A DNA stretch of 37,628 nt from a virus (Duplodnaviria; Caudoviricetes). The stretch lies in the IMG/VR virus record IMGVR_UViG_3300027892_001207, positions 1 to 37,628 of that record; one strand, 5' to 3'. Below the pieces are notes generated by a model. That model was not told where the DNA came from. It searched no databases and was given only the letters and a program-made list of their open reading frames with translations. Shown here piece by piece: positions 8,029 through 17,947 of the stretch. Position 1 is the first letter of the stretch. Each line of letters begins with the position of its first letter. A program made the translations under genes and the position numbers.

Positions 8029-9488
8029 ACAAGTGTTTGTTGTTTAACGTCGGTGGTGGAGGTATGCTTATGAGAAATTCAGGGGCATACAGAATCGCCA
8101 CCGTGCTAAGAGAAAATAATTGGGATACTGAAGTAATTGACTGGGTATCGTACTGGTCCCTAGATCAACTTAAACAATTATGTAAACAGCGCATAGATCA
8201 AGACGTTAAATTTATAGGATTCAGTTATCTGTTTGTTGATGAACCTATTAGTATTATTGAAGAGTTTGGCACATGGTTTAAATTAACTTTTCCTAGTATA
8301 AAAATTTTACTAGGTGCTCCTAATAAATGGAGATTTCCTAACAAATATGTCGATTACAACATACATGGCTATGGTGAACTTGCTTTATTAGAATTGTTAA
8401 AATATTTGTTTAGTAACGGAACTGCACCAAGATTTAATTTAATGACACACTCAGGAAAAAGTATATCTGCAAATGAGATGTATCCTAGCTATCCAATGGC
8501 TAGTTTACTGATCAAATATGAGAATAGAGACTTTGTTCAATCACACGAGTGGTTGGGAATCGAATTCTCTCGTGGGTGTAAGTTTGCTTGTGCATTTTGT
8601 AACTATCCGGTTATAGGTGTAAAAGGTGATCATACTAGAGATGCTGATGACTTTGAATATCATGTAAGAGATGCATACGATAGATTCGGTGTTACAAACT
8701 ATTATGTTGCCGACGAAACATTTAATGATCGCACAGAGAAGATTACTAAGTTTGCAGACGTAGTAGAACGATTACCATTTGACCCATTCTTTACAGCAAC
8801 ACTTCGTGCAGATTTGTTAATTAACAGACCAGCAGATAAAGAAGAATTACTACGGATGAATATGTTAGCTCAACTGTACGGTGTTGAAAGTTTTAATACT
8901 CCGTCGGCTAAGTCTATTGGTAAGGGAATGGATTCTACTCGTATGAAAGCAGGTCTCATTGACATTAGGAAATATTTTGAAACGCATGGAAGTAAGAGAT
9001 ATCGCGGAACTGTTAGTTTAATAGCAGGACTTCCCCACGAAACTGTTGATACACTTCGACAGTCAAAGCAATGGCTATTAGACTACTGGCAGGGCCATGC
9101 TTTTAATATACTGCCATTAGAAATCCCTATTAGCGAATACGATACGCCTTCAAAGATAGGGCTAGACTGGAAAAAGTACGGATATGAAGATGCATCAGAC
9201 GATCCTAAATTTATAGATTTAAAACAAAGGAATCTGATTACATCTCATAGATTACTAATTTGGAAGAACGAACATATGGATGTCGGTGTTGCACATGATT
9301 TATATAGAGAAATAGAAAGCATAAAAACTGAAGAAGGTAATGACTTTCGCATTAATAACTTTTCTATAGTACGATTAGGACTACCGGACGGATTAGATGA
9401 TCGATTAGCTGTAACCGAAAAACAAAAACCTCCTCCTGTACCTTATGATTTTTTAAATAGTTACATTAATAACAAATTGGATTTATGA
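8025..9488 (+). CDS. cobalamin-binding-domain radical SAM enzyme (paralog of 6550-8028)
   Basis: SRGCKFACAFC, ADETFNDRTEKITKFA (identical to the upstream gene), GVESF, LIAGLPHET. Confidence 0.85.
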   Translation: MNKCLLFNVGGGGMLMRNSGAYRIATVLRENNWDTEVIDWVSYWSLDQLKQLCKQRIDQDVKFIGFSYLFVDEPISIIEEFGTWFKLTFPSIKILLGAPNKWRFPNKYVDYNIHGYGELALLELLKYLFSNGTAPRFNLMTHSGKSISANEMYPSYPMASLLIKYENRDFVQSHEWLGIEFSRGCKFACAFCNYPVIGVKGDHTRDADDFEYHVRDAYDRFGVTNYYVADETFNDRTEKITKFADVVERLPFDPFFTATLRADLLINRPADKEELLRMNMLAQLYGVESFNTPSAKSIGKGMDSTRMKAGLIDIRKYFETHGSKRYRGTVSLIAGLPHETVDTLRQSKQWLLDYWQGHAFNILPLEIPISEYDTPSKIGLDWKKYGYEDASDDPKFIDLKQRNLITSHRLLIWKNEHMDVGVAHDLYREIESIKTEEGNDFRINNFSIVRLGLPDGLDDRLAVTEKQKPPPVPYDFLNSYINNKLDL

Positions 9489-10552
9489 TGAATAAATTAA
9501 CAGATACTTTATCTTTATGTGAACATTGTTACAGACACGTGCCTGCTGTTAAGTTTGAGCGGGATGGACAAATATGGTTATGGAAGAAATGCAAGTGGCA
9601 CGGAGAAAGCGAGCATTTGATAGAGCCTGATGCAGAGTTTTATCTAAACTACAAGTACCCTAGACAACCACTAGGGAGCTACATGTTAGATATAACTAAT
9701 CGCTGTAATCTAACATGTCCAAATTGTCATCAAGAGCCTGATAATCAAACTACGGATCTTCCTATAGACTATTATACTGCAATCGTAGAAAGTTGGCCCG
9801 ACGACGGTTGGCCAGTTGCGTTATGTGGGGCAGAACCCACTGTAAGAAAAGACTTGCCAGAATTCGTCAACGCATTAAACAATTTGCCAAGTAAAAAGCG
9901 TCACATATATATTTTAACAAATGCTGTAAATTTATCAAAACAAGACTACGTAGAACAGTTTACTAAATTTGATAATATATCTTGGACTATAGGTCTTAAC
10001 CATCCCGAGTACCAAGGACACACTGTACGTGGAAAACAAATGCAAGGTATTAAAAATCTTGTAGAGCTTAATCAGCCTATTAAAAATATCAGCTACACTT
10101 TAGAAGTACTTGATCAAATGGAATACTGTTTAGAAGAGATACAACAATTTGCAGGAAAGTATTGCAATGCATTTAGGGTAAGAACGGGCGTAGACATTGG
10201 TAGGTATCCCGGAGGCCCTAAAGTTTACATGAGCGACTTAGTAAAAGAAATGCAACGTGTCGCAGATAAGAATCAGTGGCCTGTTGTTAAAATACACACT
10301 GAAGGTAACCGCGCCCATTATACTGTGACAATTAACGGCGTTCTTGTTAAAATAATACAATGGCCAGATGTGACTACATTAGACCTTAAAGAAATACAAA
10401 CAGAGGGTATTGGGGATTTTGTTCCAGGAAAACCCCGCAGTCCTCTAATACATCAAGTTATGTTACGCGATGCATTTATAAACAAAAAGATGCCGCTATA
10501 CGATACAATACCACAGGAGTACATAGATAATTATGGCAATCAAAGGGATTAA
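9485..10552 (+). CDS. radical SAM enzyme with an N-terminal CxxC...CxxH metal ribbon (Tes/MJ0619-like architecture)
   Basis: TLSLCEHC...VPA...KKCKWHG, then DITNRCNLTCPNC, GAEPT and ILTNA. Confidence 0.8.
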   Translation: MMNKLTDTLSLCEHCYRHVPAVKFERDGQIWLWKKCKWHGESEHLIEPDAEFYLNYKYPRQPLGSYMLDITNRCNLTCPNCHQEPDNQTTDLPIDYYTAIVESWPDDGWPVALCGAEPTVRKDLPEFVNALNNLPSKKRHIYILTNAVNLSKQDYVEQFTKFDNISWTIGLNHPEYQGHTVRGKQMQGIKNLVELNQPIKNISYTLEVLDQMEYCLEEIQQFAGKYCNAFRVRTGVDIGRYPGGPKVYMSDLVKEMQRVADKNQWPVVKIHTEGNRAHYTVTINGVLVKIIQWPDVTTLDLKEIQTEGIGDFVPGKPRSPLIHQVMLRDAFINKKMPLYDTIPQEYIDNYGNQRD

Positions 10553-11339
10553 TAACATTCCATATTTCGATATGGAACCGTACTTAGACATCGCAGAGTT
10601 TGAAAGACTTCAACCAGAAATCATGGCGGGTTTTGCAACTGCAAGAGAGTTTGCCAAAGAAGGAACTTGGATGAAGCCAGGTTTTACATTTGATAACATG
10701 AGCTACAAACTTAGTTGGAAACCTATCTATCAGGCCATGGATGAATTTATGGAATTGGCAAAAGATGATCCTGTATACCAAGCCGGCATAAAATTAATGC
10801 CAACAGATTTTAAAAACTTTCAAGAGCGTAACAAGTTTACACGCTACCTGAAAATGGCGATGGGTGCTTACGATCCTTACATTTACTATTACTTGTGGGA
10901 AGAAGGATCGTGGGATGATAGAACTGCTAAACGTAGTCTAACGCCTGAAGCAGAATACTTCCCCAATGTAGTCAAATGGGTTGAAAGCCTAGTAGGCACA
11001 GTATTTGAAGATATTGGCCGTGTTATATTCTTTCACTGTGAAGCAGACGGTATTCCATTTGAACATAGAGACTTGGATGCTAACAACGGAGTTGATGTTG
11101 TCGTGCCGCACCGCAATGAGTTCATACATGTCCGTCCTAACACTAAAAAAGCCATGTATCTTTGGGATCCAGAAAATAAAAACAAAGTGTATCTTAATAC
11201 TCGTGCGGCTTGGTGGAATGATGTTGACTGGCATGGCGGAGAGCGTATTATGGAACAAAGTTACAGTCTACGCATTGACGGAAAGTTTACGGAAGAGTTT
11301 CGTAAGCAGTTAGGCATTGATCACTTAGAGAGTTATTGA
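10533..11339 (+). CDS. putative Fe(II)/2OG (cupin) oxygenase
   Basis: FEHRD (HxD), distal WHGG, and SLRIDG. Confidence 0.6.
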   Translation: MAIKGINNIPYFDMEPYLDIAEFERLQPEIMAGFATAREFAKEGTWMKPGFTFDNMSYKLSWKPIYQAMDEFMELAKDDPVYQAGIKLMPTDFKNFQERNKFTRYLKMAMGAYDPYIYYYLWEEGSWDDRTAKRSLTPEAEYFPNVVKWVESLVGTVFEDIGRVIFFHCEADGIPFEHRDLDANNGVDVVVPHRNEFIHVRPNTKKAMYLWDPENKNKVYLNTRAAWWNDVDWHGGERIMEQSYSLRIDGKFTEEFRKQLGIDHLESY

Positions 11340-12109
11340 TGAATAATGTACACGGACGCACACATTTTGAACTTGAGCAATTTATTGATCTAACAAAATT
11401 TGATGCGATACAATTAGATATTATAAAAGGTATTGCTACTGCCAAGCCACTATCACAACACGGATATCTACCCCCATTCCTTATATACGATCCTGCTGAA
11501 CTAAGTGAAGAACTTCGAGTTGAGCCTTTGATGAAATCATATCAAACTTATAGGGCATTATCTGATAGCGATCTTATTAAGCGAACAGGAGAAGAAATCA
11601 AACAGCAACACGGATACAATGCCCTCACCACATTCTTAAAGTATATCTACGGAGCACACGATCTCTATTCGCATTATTTGTTTTGGGATCATTTTAAAGG
11701 CTGGCGTTCTAATGTTAATCATAGAGAACTAACCCCAATTACAGAACACTTTTCAACATTAATACAATGGATCGACAGTCTAGTAACAGATAACATTTTT
11801 TCTAACATAGGCAGAGCGTACCTTATTGCAATAGAATCAAACGGATATTCATTCGAACATCGGGATCCTCCTCTTGACCCTGATGTGGATGCTAGTGTAT
11901 TTCCAGAGTTTATACACATACGACCTAGTATAGATAGACCGTTTTATGTATACGATTCTGAATCAAAACAAAAACATTATATTAATTCTAGAATAGGTTG
12001 GTGGAATGATAGAGATATACATGGCGGAGAACCTGCTGCCGCACCGTCGTATGCAGTGCGTATTGATGGGATCTTTAGCGATAACTTTAGAAAACGGATC
12101 GGTTTATGA
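11336..12109 (+). CDS. putative Fe(II)/2OG oxygenase (paralog of 10533-11339)
   Basis: FEHRD, EFIHIRP, WWND..IHGGE, VRIDG. Confidence 0.6.
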   Translation: MMNNVHGRTHFELEQFIDLTKFDAIQLDIIKGIATAKPLSQHGYLPPFLIYDPAELSEELRVEPLMKSYQTYRALSDSDLIKRTGEEIKQQHGYNALTTFLKYIYGAHDLYSHYLFWDHFKGWRSNVNHRELTPITEHFSTLIQWIDSLVTDNIFSNIGRAYLIAIESNGYSFEHRDPPLDPDVDASVFPEFIHIRPSIDRPFYVYDSESKQKHYINSRIGWWNDRDIHGGEPAAAPSYAVRIDGIFSDNFRKRIGL

Positions 12110-12663
12110 AAATATTATGTACAGGTAATCCAGAACACATAGGCATAGCTAAAGAAATAAAGAATATATTTCCAGATGCTGTCTGTATTTCTCGAGCATC
12201 GGAATTCGATCTCTCAACAGAACATGGACTATCTAAATTAAAAAATATAATTTCTAATTTTAACGTGTTGATTAATAGTTCCCATGTTGAGTCTGGCACA
12301 CAACTTAAAGTATTTGAAATTGCTAGACAAGCGTGGTCCTCTGGGCATGTTTTTAATATAGGAAGCATAGATGAGTACAATCAATACGCACACATAAATC
12401 CTAGATCTCATACTGAAAAGAATCATCTTAAAAATCTTGCAATAGAGTACAACTGTGATAAGTTTAAAGTTACACACATTAGCGTGGGACCGTTTGAGTC
12501 TTCAGCTAAACCATTGACACAACCGTTAGAAAGGCTAAACCCCAAATATATAGCAGAAACAATTAAATGGATATTAGAATGCAATTTTGATATTCCTATC
12601 ATAGGGATACAAAATTTAACTGACGAAGTTTCTAAAATATACAAAGAGAGTGTTAGTCAATGA
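12106..12663 (+). CDS. short-chain dehydrogenase/reductase-like Rossmann protein
   Basis: MKILCTGNPEHIGIA, VLINSS, VFNIGS. The catalytic YxxxK appears altered (SHTEK). Confidence 0.6.
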   Translation: MKILCTGNPEHIGIAKEIKNIFPDAVCISRASEFDLSTEHGLSKLKNIISNFNVLINSSHVESGTQLKVFEIARQAWSSGHVFNIGSIDEYNQYAHINPRSHTEKNHLKNLAIEYNCDKFKVTHISVGPFESSAKPLTQPLERLNPKYIAETIKWILECNFDIPIIGIQNLTDEVSKIYKESVSQ

Positions 12664-13169
12664 AGCATATTGGAAATTTTAAAGATTGGATTAAACAAGA
12701 ATGGGTTGATTATTTGTTAGTGCATGACGGTACGCTACGACCTAAAACAGCTAGCGAAAATCCCGATACAGAAGAGTTTAGAATTGCAACAAGTGTAGGG
12801 TATGATTTAACACAAACTTGGTGGCACCATTATTGTAATACTAGTTGTCCGCTATCGATATCTCCTCCGATACCTACAGATAAAGAATACATGTGGTGGT
12901 TTATCAAACTTCTTCCAGGCGGAATGATGCCAGTACACAGAGATCCACATGTAACAGAAGATGGAAAATATAATGTAACTCGGTACTGGATGCCGTTGCA
13001 AGATTATGTCCCAGGGCATGTGTTTGTGTATAACAACATTTTTATGACAGATTACAAAGCAGGTGATTTATGGGCATATTCAGATGCAAATGAGATACAC
13101 GGAGCATGTAATATAAGCTATGTACCTCGATTAACTTTTCAATTTACTACATATGATACACACGCTTAA
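12660..13169 (+). CDS. small Fe(II)/2OG oxygenase (Asp/Asn beta-hydroxylase-like)
   Basis: KLLPGGMMPVHRD, IHGACN, PRLTFQ. Confidence 0.7.
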   Translation: MKHIGNFKDWIKQEWVDYLLVHDGTLRPKTASENPDTEEFRIATSVGYDLTQTWWHHYCNTSCPLSISPPIPTDKEYMWWFIKLLPGGMMPVHRDPHVTEDGKYNVTRYWMPLQDYVPGHVFVYNNIFMTDYKAGDLWAYSDANEIHGACNISYVPRLTFQFTTYDTHA

Positions 13170-13740
13170 TCTTACATACAATATATTTGATGCTATAGAA
13201 TACTATAAAAAATTACAAAATAATTTTAAGCAGTTACATTGGCATTATACAAAAGACCATTGTGATCCAAGAGGTATTGGCACTAAGAATTATATGGACA
13301 ATGTTCACGGATGGGGATTACAAACTGTCTACTCCGATATTACATTTCCGTACCATTGTGATATAGATCCTCACGACGAAGGCCCGGAATATTTTAAAGA
13401 TACAGATTTAGTCTTTGGTTTTTTTAAAGAGATAAAAGATAAGTTTGTTAATCCTTATAGATCTTTCTTAATGACATTTCCTGCCCAGCATAATATTGGT
13501 AGATGGTTACCTGGAGGTCCACCTCACGGCAAAGTGTTTATTCCAATAATAACAAATAGACAAGCAACTATTACAGATCTTACAAATAGTCAAACGGTAG
13601 TTCTAAAAGAAGGTAATGTATACATGTTTGACATGACTACTAACTACGGCGAATTTAAAAATGAAGGAGATACTGCAATTACATTTATTACATTCAATGT
13701 TCCAGCCGACACGTTCCCACACGTACTAAGTACTGTATGA
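13153..13740 (+). CDS. cupin / AspH-like protein, metal ligands possibly degenerate
   Basis: FIPIITN...LKEGNVYMFD...FKNEG..ITFITFNV is the AspH-like jelly-roll pattern, but the usual HxD and distal His are not in place. Confidence 0.45.
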   Translation: MIHTLNLTYNIFDAIEYYKKLQNNFKQLHWHYTKDHCDPRGIGTKNYMDNVHGWGLQTVYSDITFPYHCDIDPHDEGPEYFKDTDLVFGFFKEIKDKFVNPYRSFLMTFPAQHNIGRWLPGGPPHGKVFIPIITNRQATITDLTNSQTVVLKEGNVYMFDMTTNYGEFKNEGDTAITFITFNVPADTFPHVLSTV

Positions 13741-14252
13741 AATACATTGGGAATTATAAAGACTGGATTACAGATAAGTTAATGGATCATCTACGGACGC
13801 ATAGCGGTGATACTAGACCAGTGTGGCAACCCGAACGATGGCAAGGCCATCCTATACTAGACGAGTTTAGAGAAAAATGTCGCGTAGCGTATTCACATAG
13901 AGATGATAAATTCCAACAGTTTAATATTACTACGGAAAGTATGATCAATATCGAATTACCAGTCCTTCCGGAAAGTCGTAGACAGTGCAACTGGTGGTTT
14001 ATTAAATTATTACCCGGACAATTTCAAGCAATGCATATTGATCCTCATCTAGTAGAAGTGACTAACCCCGTTCGATATACTATGTTTTTAGAGGACTACC
14101 ATCCAGGGCATATATTTGTTTGGGATGACCAACTTGCTACAAATTATAAAGCAGGTGACCTATTTGAATGGAGTGATCCTATGATAGTACACGGATGCAC
14201 TAACATTAGCTATCAAAACCGATACACACTACAAATTACGATGCACGATTAA
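13737..14252 (+). CDS. small Fe(II)/2OG oxygenase (paralog of 12660-13169)
   Basis: MKYIGNYKDWI, WWFIKLLPGQFQAMHID, VHGCTN, RYTLQ. Confidence 0.7.
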   Translation: MKYIGNYKDWITDKLMDHLRTHSGDTRPVWQPERWQGHPILDEFREKCRVAYSHRDDKFQQFNITTESMINIELPVLPESRRQCNWWFIKLLPGQFQAMHIDPHLVEVTNPVRYTMFLEDYHPGHIFVWDDQLATNYKAGDLFEWSDPMIVHGCTNISYQNRYTLQITMHD

Positions 14253-15324
14253 CTTGTTCTGCTATACTAATAAATGGCGAGTTATTACTACATAAAATAG
14301 TACACGGTGCAGAACTATCTGTAGTCCATTTTTGTTGTATCAGTGTTTGCCATACTCTGCTAGACAATATGCTTTTAATACCATAGGTTAATGCATCAAG
14401 TGCTTCTAGGCCGCCAAGTTCTTTAATAGTATCAAATACTTCCGTCTGTACTTCTTTAGCAATACCTATAACAGAATCAGAATCAATTAAACTGTAACTG
14501 TTGTATAAATTAACATCATAATTTGCATATAAGAATGATCCAATTAAACAACACGGCAAAACGTGCCTATGCGCATCTATATAAAGTTCTTTACTATCTA
14601 ACGTAAAGCAACTTACCTCGCTAGTCCATTGCTTGTAGTCTTTTAAATCTACAAATTCGACCGGTCGTATATTACTTGAAACCGGTTGTTCAATGTAATG
14701 AGTAACTGCGCCTGCCCTATTTAATACAGGAAATTTCTTTCCAAAGCGTTTACTATTTTTAACTGTAAATGAATTGAAGCCAAGTGACATTGAAACATTA
14801 CGTGCAATATCTACTTCATGTTCATTGTGTTTGAATTTAATAAACATCCAATCTGCTATGCCGCCGGCATCCATAAATGATGTTGCATTGCGTATGATTG
14901 AATTAAAGTCCGTACCTATTCTATACAAGCTGTGAGTTTCAGCTAAACCGTCTAGTGCAAACTCAACACGATGCTGTTGTGGCATTGCTTTTGCTAACTC
15001 TTCCCACCACGATACAGATCTAGCACTACCATTAGTATTAATAGCAACACTTACAGTACTGTTATCTTTTAGATACCGACACATCGAAATTAGATCATTA
15101 TTGATTATAGGATCTCCAAAATCTCCACAAAAATTTATGTGTTTAATTTGAGCAAGTACTTCTACGTTGAAGATTTTTATAAATTGATCTAATGTCCAAT
15201 CTGTTAATTGCAAAGAAGGATTTTCTATGCCGCCATGTATATTACGTAAACACATCGGACAGCTGGCTTGACACCGGTTAGTGATCTCTATTTGTACCTG
15301 TTCTAGTGATTCAAAATTAAACAT
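14236..15324 (-). CDS. radical SAM enzyme with C-terminal SPASM/Twitch-like domain
   Basis: EITNRCQASCPMC, CGDFGDP, NTNGS, FALDGL, then YIDA...PCC...CTILC. Confidence 0.9.
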   Translation of the reverse strand: MFNFESLEQVQIEITNRCQASCPMCLRNIHGGIENPSLQLTDWTLDQFIKIFNVEVLAQIKHINFCGDFGDPIINNDLISMCRYLKDNSTVSVAINTNGSARSVSWWEELAKAMPQQHRVEFALDGLAETHSLYRIGTDFNSIIRNATSFMDAGGIADWMFIKFKHNEHEVDIARNVSMSLGFNSFTVKNSKRFGKKFPVLNRAGAVTHYIEQPVSSNIRPVEFVDLKDYKQWTSEVSCFTLDSKELYIDAHRHVLPCCLIGSFLYANYDVNLYNSYSLIDSDSVIGIAKEVQTEVFDTIKELGGLEALDALTYGIKSILSSRVWQTLIQQKWTTDSSAPCTILCSNNSPFISIAEQVNRAS

Positions 15325-15893
15325 TAGTAACCTAGTATGTGAAACATGTACTTGGGAGTTAAACCAGCATTGATACCAGCATGCCAGTCTTTATAATTAT
15401 TCCATTTAAATATTGCACCCTGAGGAGCGTCATACAAATAGTCCTTGCCTAATATAAAAATATGTCCCATAGCAGGAGCATCTAGCATAATACTATATCG
15501 TTTAACAGCACCTTTATTTAGATATGCAGACTCGTTGTCATCAACGTCCCAATGCCAAGGCGCATAGTATCCTGGATCAACTCGACTTATCCAACTGCGA
15601 TGAACTCCATTTAATCTTAGATACCCTGCAACATCATCAGTAAATTCTTGATCATAATCATAATAGTTCGTCCATTTAATAGCATTAGGATTAAAGTTAG
15701 CATCTTGCCACATCTTAAGTATATCTGCATACCCTGTTGTATCAAGATTCCATTTACTAGGATCCGTAGTAATATCAACACCGTTAGACAATGAGTTAAC
15801 TATCTTTGTTAGATCGTGCCTAAAGTAATAGCCTAAGAATGCAGAGCTAGTTAAACTTAACAATCGTTTATCAAATACAGATGCTTCGATCAT
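15324..15893 (-). CDS. Fe(II)/2OG oxygenase (AspH-like)
   Basis: PGYYAPWHWD, GHIF, WHAGIN. Start set at 15893 from the ATGA overlap with the upstream gene. Confidence 0.7.
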   Translation of the reverse strand: MIEASVFDKRLLSLTSSAFLGYYFRHDLTKIVNSLSNGVDITTDPSKWNLDTTGYADILKMWQDANFNPNAIKWTNYYDYDQEFTDDVAGYLRLNGVHRSWISRVDPGYYAPWHWDVDDNESAYLNKGAVKRYSIMLDAPAMGHIFILGKDYLYDAPQGAIFKWNNYKDWHAGINAGLTPKYMFHILGY

Positions 15894-16612
15894 TCTAAAA
15901 ATCCAAATGCCCACATTCGTTCACCACACCACCAGCACTTACCGCAATGTGATCCAGGATGGTTGTCATTTTCACAACTGCGTGTAACAGGGTATAGCGT
16001 ATCTAATACACCTAATGCTTTATACAGCTTGGCAACAGATTGTTTGTTATGATTAACTAACGGGCTATACGCTCTTTTGTCCATGGCTAATTTATCCACA
16101 GGATTACCATCGATGCTTAATGGAGGGTCAGCAAAGTTAGTACCTGCGGGCAATTGCATTTCAAACCCAAACTCAGCAAATACCTGTCCATCTCTGCGGG
16201 TCTGAACATGCCACTCAGGCAACTTTTCTTCCCAATCTGCATATACCTCGTCTGGTGGAAATTTTGTTAGGCCTGTATACACAATATCAACTTCGCCACT
16301 GTCAAGTGCATCCTTATACACTTTAAACATTAGTTCAGGAGGAGGTTTGGGTACATGTAACTTATGAATGAATACATTAGTTTTACCTGTAAGCTCTATA
16401 CATTTGTTAACTACAATATCAAATGCAGGTTCTAAAATATCCTTTCTATACTCTGCAATAAGATTATAGATATGTAGGTCGTGTTCAACATTTTTCATCA
16501 GCCAATAGAGAATAATAGCACTGTCGGCACCGCAACTCACACTAATGCCAACCGGACCATCTTTGTATAACCCTATTCTAATCCCATCGATATCTACATA
16601 TTCTAAGTTCAT
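15890..16612 (-). CDS. QueC-like PP-loop ATP pyrophosphatase
   Basis: ISVSCGADSA (PP-loop variant) and a C-terminal zinc site TRSC...HCGKCWWCGER. Confidence 0.7.
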   Translation of the reverse strand: MNLEYVDIDGIRIGLYKDGPVGISVSCGADSAIILYWLMKNVEHDLHIYNLIAEYRKDILEPAFDIVVNKCIELTGKTNVFIHKLHVPKPPPELMFKVYKDALDSGEVDIVYTGLTKFPPDEVYADWEEKLPEWHVQTRRDGQVFAEFGFEMQLPAGTNFADPPLSIDGNPVDKLAMDKRAYSPLVNHNKQSVAKLYKALGVLDTLYPVTRSCENDNHPGSHCGKCWWCGERMWAFGFLE

Positions 16613-17274
16613 GTTAATCTCTCATAAAACTCTGGGAACGGATTATCTATCCAATTTTTACCCAGATGCTGTGTCATTGTAATTTCAAAAAACTTTTTAA
16701 AATCTACGTAATTGTTATCAGTTGCTAAGTTAAATCGGTCGTTGGAATCTCCGCCGATCATGCCTTCTAAGATTGTTCTTTTAATATATCGTTCTTCAAT
16801 GCCTACACAGGAATAAAAATCAATCGTTTTAACAACGCCGTCTTTAAGAAAAAAGCAATGCGGATACAACGCTACTTTGTAGTAGCCTGCACCTAGTATA
16901 TCTTTAATGATGTTAAAGATTTGTTCCTTCCAGTTAGGACATTCTTTATCTAAACTACGACCCGGAGTTAATAGAATATGATTTAATGTTTCTTTGTTAA
17001 ACTCGATATATATTTTATTCCCCTCTATGGATAGCAACTTAGGTGCCCATGAGAACTGTTGCATTATTTGCAAATGCTTGACTTCTCTTTCAAAACAATA
17101 GTTTATTAGTGTATCTGTTAGGAAACTATTTTCCGTTTGGTAAGGACTATTTGCGTCCCAGGTCATACACATAACAGAACCGTCTTCGTTTATCGTAGGA
17201 GTATACAGCATATTAGTTGTTACCTGATGCTTGTTCAAATAATCTATTTTATAAAGATATTTCCACTCAGTCAT
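16609..17274 (-). CDS. protein-kinase-like fold protein (paralog of 4732-5415)
   Basis: REVKHL, WAPKLL, IYIEF, YKVALYPHC, KTIDFY. Confidence 0.55.
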   Translation of the reverse strand: MTEWKYLYKIDYLNKHQVTTNMLYTPTINEDGSVMCMTWDANSPYQTENSFLTDTLINYCFEREVKHLQIMQQFSWAPKLLSIEGNKIYIEFNKETLNHILLTPGRSLDKECPNWKEQIFNIIKDILGAGYYKVALYPHCFFLKDGVVKTIDFYSCVGIEERYIKRTILEGMIGGDSNDRFNLATDNNYVDFKKFFEITMTQHLGKNWIDNPFPEFYERLT

Positions 17275-17947
17275 AGGTTATTATAAAATCCGAAGTTCTG
17301 ATACTTTCAAGCTCTTCTTTTAACTCAGCTTCCATTTTAAAAGTTACCAATGCAGGTGACGGTGAAAAATCTGTCATCTTATATTGTTCATTAATTTTAT
17401 TAAGCCACGGACTAAAAATGTTATCAAACTTAAAATGGTTATCCGGTGCCGGCACTGCTTGAGTAATGCTAACAGATATTAAATTTATAGACTGCCGGGT
17501 TTCACGCAAAGGCTCTCGCACAACTAATTGTAATCTAGGAACTGATCCAAAGTTACATGCAGTATGTCGTCTACCAGTTCTCATGAAATACCAATGATCA
17601 TTTCTTGTGCATTTAAACATTTCTTGATTTTCTAAATCGATTAAGAATGATTGATCACCTGTTAGATTTAAATGCCATCTATTATCAATGTCGGCATGCG
17701 ACTGATAACTTTCTCCGGGAGCTAGCGTGATAATACGTGCTTCACCTATGCTATACGGTAATGTATCTAATACCTGTTTCCATAATGTATCTTTAAACTC
17801 ATCCTTAATAGACCATGTACCGTAGAAGAAGTTGCCGTCATGTTTATTCAACACAACAACTTCACTATGTATAGGAGATTGAGTAAGTGCCTGTTCGATA
17901 AGGCCTTGAGGACACTGCCACATTAATCCTGTAACCATTTTTTTCAT
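17267..17947 (-). CDS. Asp/Asn beta-hydroxylase-like Fe(II)/2OG oxygenase
   Basis: ARIITLAPGESYQSHAD, RWHLNL, HTACNFG, PRLQLVV. Confidence 0.75.
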   Translation of the reverse strand: MKKMVTGLMWQCPQGLIEQALTQSPIHSEVVVLNKHDGNFFYGTWSIKDEFKDTLWKQVLDTLPYSIGEARIITLAPGESYQSHADIDNRWHLNLTGDQSFLIDLENQEMFKCTRNDHWYFMRTGRRHTACNFGSVPRLQLVVREPLRETRQSINLISVSITQAVPAPDNHFKFDNIFSPWLNKINEQYKMTDFSPSPALVTFKMEAELKEELESIRTSDFIITYD

